This document shows, piece after piece, positions 39,940 through 44,576 of a stretch of 64,000 nt of DNA. The translations under genes were made by a program, and so were the position numbers. The stretch's first letter is position 1. Each line of letters begins with the position of its first letter. The notes below the pieces were generated by a model that worked only from the letters and a program-made list of their open reading frames with translations, was not told the origin of the DNA and did no database searches. The DNA lies in IMG/VR virus record IMGVR_UViG_3300042291_001013; one strand, given 5' to 3'. This DNA is from a virus. Its lineage: Duplodnaviria > Caudoviricetes.

Positions 39940-40557
39940 TTATTTCAGCATCAATTCCACAGGATCAATAATGGGCATGGTTGCCAGCATGATCCTGGGA
40001 TATTTTGCATCAGGCCCCGGCATAACCCTGTGAGGGATATAACTGTTGAAAACAATAGGATGCTCATGCATGTTATACCTCAGCAAACAAGGATACTGAT
40101 CTTGTACAGTGTGATGTAACACAGAAAAATTATACTGTTCTGTGCCTGTGTATGGGTTTGTCATAACCGGGAGCCGATTCATGGCTTCCTTGGGAATATC
40201 ATACCACTCTGTATAAACATCCTCAGTGTTGTAGATTGGAAAGTTTATTTTGAAGTTCATGGGCGGTGCATCGTTGTGCAACACAACCCCATCGGTCATA
40301 CCTTCTGTCAGCAATCCCACTGTGATTTCTTTGATAGGCAGGTTGACTCGAAACATAAATCGCAACAAATTTGGACACACCTTGGCCATTTGTTTGTAAT
40401 CTATCAGATGCCAGAACTTTTTTTCTTGTTTTTCGTTTAGAAAATCAGTGTTATCTACAACCCAGTTCATTATCTCTTCTTTGATTTGATCAAGGTTGTC
40501 ACACTCAAGTTCGTGTATACATTTGAAACGACTTTGGTCTGGGATATAATCAATCAT
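39940..40557 (-). CDS. Putative 2OG-Fe(II)/cupin oxygenase within the tRNA array
   Basis: LHND..PHRV..RIML; TAAATA 4 nt before ATG. Confidence 0.55.
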   Translation of the reverse strand: MIDYIPDQSRFKCIHELECDNLDQIKEEIMNWVVDNTDFLNEKQEKKFWHLIDYKQMAKVCPNLLRFMFRVNLPIKEITVGLLTEGMTDGVVLHNDAPPMNFKINFPIYNTEDVYTEWYDIPKEAMNRLPVMTNPYTGTEQYNFSVLHHTVQDQYPCLLRYNMHEHPIVFNSYIPHRVMPGPDAKYPRIMLATMPIIDPVELMLK

Positions 40558-40582
40558 GATATATTTACTACCTACAATTATT

Positions 40583-40656
40583 TGGAGCAGGGTAGGGGAA
40601 TCGAACCCCTCGCTTTAGCTTGGAAGGCTAAGGTATTACCACTATACGAACCCTGC
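40583..40656 (-). tRNA. tRNA-Gly(UCC)
   Basis: Loop CTTCCAA. Confidence 0.94.
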
Positions 40657-40668
40657 GTTGAATTACTT

Positions 40669-40697
40669 ATTATACAGCATCTTAGCAATACTGTAAA
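40669..40697 (-). promoter_or_regulatory. Promoter TTTACA-17-TATAAT
   Basis: Direct match upstream of tRNA-Gly(UCC). Confidence 0.75.
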
Positions 40698-40704
40698 GCA
40701 ATTT

Positions 40705-40779
40705 TGGTAGCCATGGACAATTTCGAAATGTCGACCTAACGCTTATCAAGCGTTTGCTCTTCCTCTGAGCTACACGGCT
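40705..40779 (-). tRNA. tRNA-Ile(GAU)
   Basis: Loop TTGATAA. Confidence 0.88.
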
Positions 40780-40788
40780 AAATATTGA

Positions 40789-40962
40789 ATGCACATTGAC
40801 GTCTATCTACAAAAACAGTTGTACTGCACCATTGAACTAAGTCAGCCCGGTTACAATGTGCCTGCTATCTTGGATCAAATCCAAAGTGATCGCGAAGCTG
40901 GCAACTTGACCTGGGTACAGTGGGATCAGCCGCTTGACTTTGAAGTCAAATACTTTGAATAA
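40789..40962 (+). CDS. 57-aa antisense-oriented protein MHIDVYLQKQ...
   Basis: Fills an inter-tRNA spacer exactly; TAAATA 4 nt before ATG. Confidence 0.6.
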   Translation: MHIDVYLQKQLYCTIELSQPGYNVPAILDQIQSDREAGNLTWVQWDQPLDFEVKYFE

Positions 40963-40964
40963 CT

Positions 40965-41038
40965 TGGCACGGGAACTAGGGCTCGAACCTAGAATGACAG
41001 AGTCAAAGTCTGTAGTGTTACCATTACACTATTCCCGA
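40965..41038 (-). tRNA. tRNA-Gln(UUG)
   Basis: Loop CTTTGAC; 1-72 mismatch; G73. Confidence 0.92.
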
Positions 41039-41046
41039 ACAAAACT

Positions 41047-41121
41047 TGGTGGATGTAAGTAGATTCGAACTACTGACCTGCCGCGTATGAAGCGAATGCA
41101 CTACCGCTGTGCTATACATCC
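41047..41121 (-). tRNA. tRNA-Met(CAU), probably elongator
   Basis: Loop TTCATAC; G1-C72; Met versus Ile2 is an inference. Confidence 0.75.
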
Positions 41122-41124
41122 GAT

Positions 41125-41199
41125 TGGGGTATCCAATGAGAATTGAACTCATGATAGCGGAATCACAATCCGCGGTTTTACCACTAAACTATGGACACC
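41125..41199 (-). tRNA. tRNA-His(GUG)
   Basis: Loop TTGTGAT; G-1 opposite C73. Confidence 0.93.
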
Positions 41200-41200
41200 A

Positions 41201-41314
41201 TATAGGAGCACTCTCAACAGCAGGCCTAGGAGGCAATCTGGTTGCTGAAACTTTTGCATCTGCAGATACTAGGCTTCTTCTCCCGCGTTGACTTACGCCA
41301 AGAATGCTTTTATA
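41201..41314 (-). ncRNA. Stem-enclosed structured spacer RNA
   Basis: 12/14-bp closing stem; GNRA (GUAA) hairpin; GCCTAG/CTAGGC helix. Confidence 0.5.
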
Positions 41315-41388
41315 TGGTAGGGGTGTTCGGGAACGATCCGAATTTTACTGGTTAAAAGCCAGTTACTTCACCTTAAAGTTTCACCCCC
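41315..41388 (-). tRNA. tRNA-Lys(UUU), non-canonical core
   Basis: Loop CTTTTAA; A8/U14 and A54/U58. Confidence 0.85.
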
Positions 41389-41417
41389 ATAGGTTTATCA
41401 CTCTTGTCACTAGTCAT
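41373..41417 (-). CDS. 14-aa mini-ORF MTSDKSDKPMGVKL overlapping the tRNA-Lys 5' end
   Basis: AAGGAG 7 nt upstream of ATG. Confidence 0.4.
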   Translation of the reverse strand: MTSDKSDKPMGVKL

Positions 41418-41439
41418 GACAGATCTCCTTTTAAAAAAT

Positions 41440-41516
41440 TGGTACCACCTGAGAGATTCAAACTCCCGACCCCTAAGTTCGTAGCCTAGTGCTCTGTTCA
41501 GCTGAGCTAAGGTGGT
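41440..41516 (-). tRNA. tRNA-Arg(ACG)
   Basis: Loop CTACGAA; T-loop TTTGAAT. Confidence 0.88.
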
Positions 41517-41520
41517 GTGT

Positions 41521-41596
41521 TGGTGCCCCTTGTCCGACTCGAACAGACCACCTACTGCTTACAAAACAGTTGCTCTACCGGATGAGCTAAAGGGGC
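41521..41596 (-). tRNA. tRNA-Thr(UGU)
   Basis: Loop TTTGTAA. Confidence 0.92.
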
Positions 41597-41603
41597 AAAT
41601 TGT

Positions 41604-41693
41604 TGGCGGTGCGAAAGAGACTCGAACTCTTAAAGCGGCTTTCACCACTCGACGGATTAGCAATCCGCTCCAATACCATTATGGGACCGCACC
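41604..41693 (-). tRNA. tRNA-Ser(GCU)
   Basis: Loop TTGCTAA; long variable arm; 7/5 fold. Confidence 0.92.
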
Positions 41694-41700
41694 TCAAATT

Positions 41701-41776
41701 TGGCTCCCCAGCGTGGGATCGAACCACGGACACCTTGATTAACAGTCAAGTGCAACTACCGCTGTGCTACTAGGGA
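41701..41776 (-). tRNA. tRNA-Asn(GUU)
   Basis: Loop CTGTTAA. Confidence 0.93.
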
Positions 41777-41786
41777 ATAATCTACT

Positions 41787-41808
41787 TAGTAGGCACTCAT
41801 GCCTACTA
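41787..41808. other. Perfect 9-bp spacer hairpin
   Basis: TAGTAGGCA-CTCA-TGCCTACTA. Confidence 0.7.
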
Positions 41809-41817
41809 TCAAAAACT

Positions 41818-41894
41818 TGGCGACCCGGGAAGGATTTGAACCTCCGACATTTGGTTTTGGAGACCAACGTTCTGCCAGACTGAACTACCGAGCC
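41818..41894 (-). tRNA. tRNA-Trp(CCA)
   Basis: Loop CTCCAAA; G73. Confidence 0.92.
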
Positions 41895-41899
41895 ATATT

Positions 41900-41974
41900 T
41901 GGTGGAGGATAAGAGAATTGAACTCTTTTGACCTACGTGCAAGGCAGGCATAATACCCAGTATATGAATCCCCC
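41900..41974 (-). tRNA. tRNA-Ala(UGC)
   Basis: Loop CTTGCAC; G3-U70. Confidence 0.9.
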
Positions 41975-42004
41975 AAATTTTCAAACACACTGTTTCCAAT
42001 GTGT

Positions 42005-42060
42005 GTATTAAAGCACTCTAAAATACTTAGGCTGCCTGTTCGTAAAGAATGCTTTAATAC
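42005..42060 (-). ncRNA. 15-bp processing-type stem in spacer
   Basis: GTATTAAAGCATTCT pairs with AGAGTGCTTTAATAC. Confidence 0.6.
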
Positions 42061-42156
42061 GCTGTAATTTTTTATCTCACAAAAGAGACTCTATCCTACA
42101 GGCCGCCCATTTGTAGTTTAGAGTGATACCGGCTCTCGTTGCCATTGCACTAAATG

Positions 42157-42185
42157 AAAAACCCTGGAGTGTTTAGTTCCAGGGT
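42157..42185 (-). terminator. Intrinsic terminator of attenuator B
   Basis: ACCCTGGA-9nt-TCCAGGGT followed by TTTT. Confidence 0.85.
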
Positions 42186-42208
42186 CTTGTTGAATTTGTC
42201 AGTTACTT

Positions 42209-42343
42209 TTATGCGTAACCTGCACCTTCAATAGACCCCGACATCCCTAGAATACTATTCACGCGACCAGAGGCGTGTGACCAGGTAAATGTTGCCTGGA
42301 GCATCGCGGGTTTTGTCGACAGTGAACGGAATGTTGTTTTCAT
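42209..42343 (-). CDS. 44-aa leader peptide B (MKTTFRSLST...GAGYA)
   Basis: Promoter and AGGA RBS upstream; stop sits in the loop of the putative antiterminator. Confidence 0.65.
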   Translation of the reverse strand: MKTTFRSLSTKPAMLQATFTWSHASGRVNSILGMSGSIEGAGYA

Positions 42344-42353
42344 CTTAAGTCCT

Positions 42354-42382
42354 ATTGTAGTTTATTTATGATTGTTTGTCAA
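42354..42382 (-). promoter_or_regulatory. Sigma70 promoter TTGACA-17-TACAAT with embedded TAAATA
   Basis: Direct sequence match. Confidence 0.85.
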
Positions 42383-42398
42383 TCACAAATGGTAAAAT

Positions 42399-42473
42399 TG
42401 GTTGCGGGTGAAGGATTCGAACCTCCGTCTTCTAGGTTATGAGCCTAGTAGTCTACCACTGACGTAACCCGCG
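42399..42473 (-). tRNA. tRNA-fMet(CAU)-like
   Basis: C1-A72 mismatch; loop CTCATAA; only two G-C pairs next to the loop. Confidence 0.85.
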
Positions 42474-42491
42474 TTAACTTTTATTTATATC

Positions 42492-42567
42492 TGGAGTAGG
42501 TGACAGGACTCGAACCTGCATTTTACGGATTTGCAATCCGGCGCCTAACCATTCGGCACACACCTAC
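42492..42567 (-). tRNA. tRNA-Cys(GCA)
   Basis: Loop TTGCAAA; U73. Confidence 0.88.
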
Positions 42568-42577
42568 ACTAATTGAA

Positions 42578-42790
42578 TTTGCAAGTAGTTGCTCCATCGT
42601 TATAGCAACCATTCACCCGTGTAATAAACTCGAGCGGGACTCGGTACGTCACTTGGGATACTAGTCCAGTTTGTCTCCGTTACAGACACCACCCTTGCGA
42701 GTGGTTGGGAGTTGAACCCATCACCTTCTACTGTTTTGGTCCTTCGAAGAAACCTAGACAGCATGACATTCTCTTGCTGACACTTACAAA
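42578..42790 (-). ncRNA. Unassigned ~210-nt structured RNA with a T-arm-like hairpin
   Basis: 10-bp terminal stem TTTGTAAGTG/TACTTGCAAA; TGGG-TTCAACT-CCCA; several internal hairpins. Confidence 0.65.
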
Positions 42791-42793
42791 ACT

Positions 42794-42868
42794 TGGCGAT
42801 GCATGGGAGAATCGAACTCCCGTCTCCGGATAGACAATCCGGGATAATGACCATTATATGAATGCACC
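42794..42868 (-). tRNA. tRNA-Asp(GUC), canonical core
   Basis: Loop TTGTCTA; G73. Confidence 0.9.
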
Positions 42869-42875
42869 TTAAACT

Positions 42876-42950
42876 TGGCGGTCCCAGGGGGTAACGATCC
42901 CCCTCTTCAGCAGTGACAGTGCTGTGTGCGTCCATGAACACCTTGAGACC
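42876..42950 (-). tRNA. tRNA-Asp(GUC), non-canonical core
   Basis: Loop CTGTCAC; A8/U14 and A54/U58. Confidence 0.82.
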
Positions 42951-42957
42951 AATTTTT

Positions 42958-43100
42958 ATAGTTAAGCACCGAGAATGCCAATTTAGGAGTCCGGTGCTTC
43001 TGTTCCAAAGCCGATGCAGTTATATCAGGATCAGTCGCCGGCCGCTGTGACCCGAATAGTGTAAGCGTCCTTACACGATACCTTATCGGTGCTTAACTAT
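42958..43100 (-). ncRNA. Stem-enclosed structured RNA
   Basis: Perfect 15-bp inverted repeat ATAGTTAAGCACCGA; inner GTGTAAG/CTTACAC hairpin. Confidence 0.6.
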
Positions 43101-43110
43101 AAAAACAAAA

Positions 43111-43310
43111 ATGCTCTGCATCCCCCGGCGGTAATTGTAGTACATCAAGATACGACGCTATCGTACCCATCACACGTACCTTCCACCCGCTTCCCGACAG
43201 GGACCGTTATCGCATTGCTAGCGGCCTTTGGGTTCAAAGACTACCACCCGTAGCTGTCACGCTACTTCTCATCGTGTGGGTCACACTATCCGGAGACACC
43301 CGGAACGTTC
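43111..43310 (-). ncRNA. Candidate GC-rich structured RNA directly after tRNA-Tyr
   Basis: Hairpins TCCGG/CCGGA, GTAGC/GCTAC, CTTTG/CAAAG, TACGA/TCGTA; no plausible ORF. Confidence 0.5.
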
Positions 43311-43311
43311 T

Positions 43312-43397
43312 TGGTGGAGATGGATGGATTTGAACCACCGCGCTTTTTACAGAACAGATTTACAGTCTGCCGCCTTCAACCACTCGGCCACATCTCC
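43312..43397 (-). tRNA. tRNA-Tyr(GUA)
   Basis: Loop CTGTAAA; long variable arm. Confidence 0.93.
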
Positions 43398-43405
43398 AAA
43401 AAAGG

Positions 43406-43468
43406 GAGAGCTACGGTTGCAGGACCTAGTGCCTCTTGCGAGGGAAGTATCCAGGCGATGTAGCTCTC
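43406..43468 (-). ncRNA. 63-nt rod-like spacer RNA
   Basis: GAGAGCTAC/GTAGCTCTC, CCTGG/CTAGG, CCTC-GCAA-GAGG. Confidence 0.5.
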
Positions 43469-43472
43469 AAAC

Positions 43473-43547
43473 TGGTAGAGCGTAGGAGAGTCGAACTCCT
43501 CTTATGCGGATGAAAACCGCATGTCCTAACCGATAGACGAACGCTCC
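43473..43547 (-). tRNA. tRNA-Glu(UUC)
   Basis: Loop TTTTCAT. Confidence 0.92.
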
Positions 43548-43553
43548 ATAGTT

Positions 43554-43813
43554 CACTATATGAAAACACATTAGGATGTTTGATAGAAGTAACAGTTTTG
43601 AACCTGCCCTACTGTGTCGTCCACAGATTTGTCTATCAACCACATTACGGGCCAACTAGATCCGGCGCGCTTCGCTCTTTCGAGTCTGCTTTCGTGTAGT
43701 CCAAGTAGAGCCTAGCCGTCACTAGGATTTAGTTCTCTACTTGGGTACCTACCGGAGTTGGTAACCCAATGCGTTTACATATAGTGCCCAGAACTGAATC
43801 TGGGTACACTATA
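43554..43813 (-). ncRNA. Unassigned ~230-260-nt multi-helix RNA
   Basis: 18/19-bp closing stem; 10-bp CCAAGTAGAG helix; GAAA tetraloop; T-loop-like GTTCAAAA. Confidence 0.7.
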
Positions 43814-43881
43814 CAAAATTAAATTTTTAACGAACTCCAAAGTAGCTTCGATCAACTGTCTTTGTTTTCTAACTTGTATCT

Positions 43882-43910
43882 AGTATAACATCTTGTGCTA
43901 TTCTGGTCAA
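43882..43910 (-). promoter_or_regulatory. Sigma70 promoter TTGACC-17-TATACT
   Basis: Direct match upstream of the ncRNA/tRNA block. Confidence 0.8.
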
Positions 43911-43920
43911 CTTGTTTTGT

Positions 43921-43945
43921 AAAAGCCCCGCCTTGTTGCAGGGTC
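43921..43945 (-). terminator. Second terminator-like hairpin below attenuator A
   Basis: CCCTGC/GCGGGG followed by CTTTT; also preceded by AAAGAC. Confidence 0.55.
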
Positions 43946-44021
43946 TTTACAAACTTTGCTGTGTTACTTCCTAACTAGTCTCTAGTATAACATGATTCCA
44001 ATTCTTTGCCTAACACATAAA

Positions 44022-44045
44022 GAAAAACCCTGCTCGGTGCAGGGT
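44022..44045 (-). terminator. Intrinsic terminator of attenuator A
   Basis: ACCCTGC-ACCGA-GCAGGGT followed by TTTT. Confidence 0.85.
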
Positions 44046-44069
44046 CTTTGTAGATGTAGTACGAAATAC

Positions 44070-44156
44070 TTACACACAAAGACCCCGAGATGGATCATAC
44101 TCACGCTCGCATGTGAATGCCATTGAATTGAGGATGATTGCGAAAGTTTGTTTCAT
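44070..44156 (-). CDS. 28-aa leaderless leader peptide A (MKQTFAIILNSMAFTCEREYDPSRGLCV)
   Basis: ATG 6 nt after TATAAT; last codons carry the anti-terminator strand. Confidence 0.65.
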   Translation of the reverse strand: MKQTFAIILNSMAFTCEREYDPSRGLCV

Positions 44157-44162
44157 AAGTGT

Positions 44163-44191
44163 ATTATATATGACAGCAGACAAAAAGTCTA
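44163..44191 (-). promoter_or_regulatory. Sigma70 promoter TAGACT-17-TATAAT
   Basis: Direct match; predicted +1 at the A of the leader ATG. Confidence 0.75.
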
Positions 44192-44204
44192 CTGTTTTGG
44201 TAAA

Positions 44205-44545
44205 ATTGGATAGGTTTATTCTGTTACGAGGAAAACCTATCAAAACCCTAGGCAGTGTTTAGGCTGCCAATGCGAACTGTTCGTCGTTTGCGTTTACGTT
44301 TTTTGCTTCTACGACCGGGAAACCCCAACCCTACGGCTTTCACATTGCCGAGCTGTCCACTCTGTTACTCTTTGCCCTGTCGAAACCATGGCAGGCCCAT
44401 TATAAAACATACTCAAACGGGTCTTTTCGCCTATCCCCGTGCCGTGGCTTGCAAGGATAGGGCTGAATATGCTTTATGGTGGACCTGGCGGGAGTCGAAC
44501 CCGCGTCCAGAACACTTTTCTCTTTGCTTCATACAGCAATAACCT
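44205..44545 (-). ncRNA. ssrA: Circularly permuted (two-piece) tmRNA, tag ANDEQFALAA
   Basis: Acceptor piece ending GGTTCGACTCCCGCCAGGTCCACCA (44477) precedes the 5' piece GGGCCTG (44398); G3-U70; tag at 44259-44291. Confidence 0.95.
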
Positions 44546-44547
44546 AT

Positions 44548-44576
44548 ATTATATTAGGCTTTCTGAATTTTGTCAA
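44548..44576 (-). promoter_or_regulatory. Consensus promoter TTGACA-17-TATAAT for tmRNA
   Basis: Perfect consensus. Confidence 0.9.

Noticed and set aside
42697-42787. A 31st tRNA gene
   Set aside because: Has a T-arm but no 7-nt anticodon loop, clean acceptor stem or CCA; treated as part of an ncRNA.
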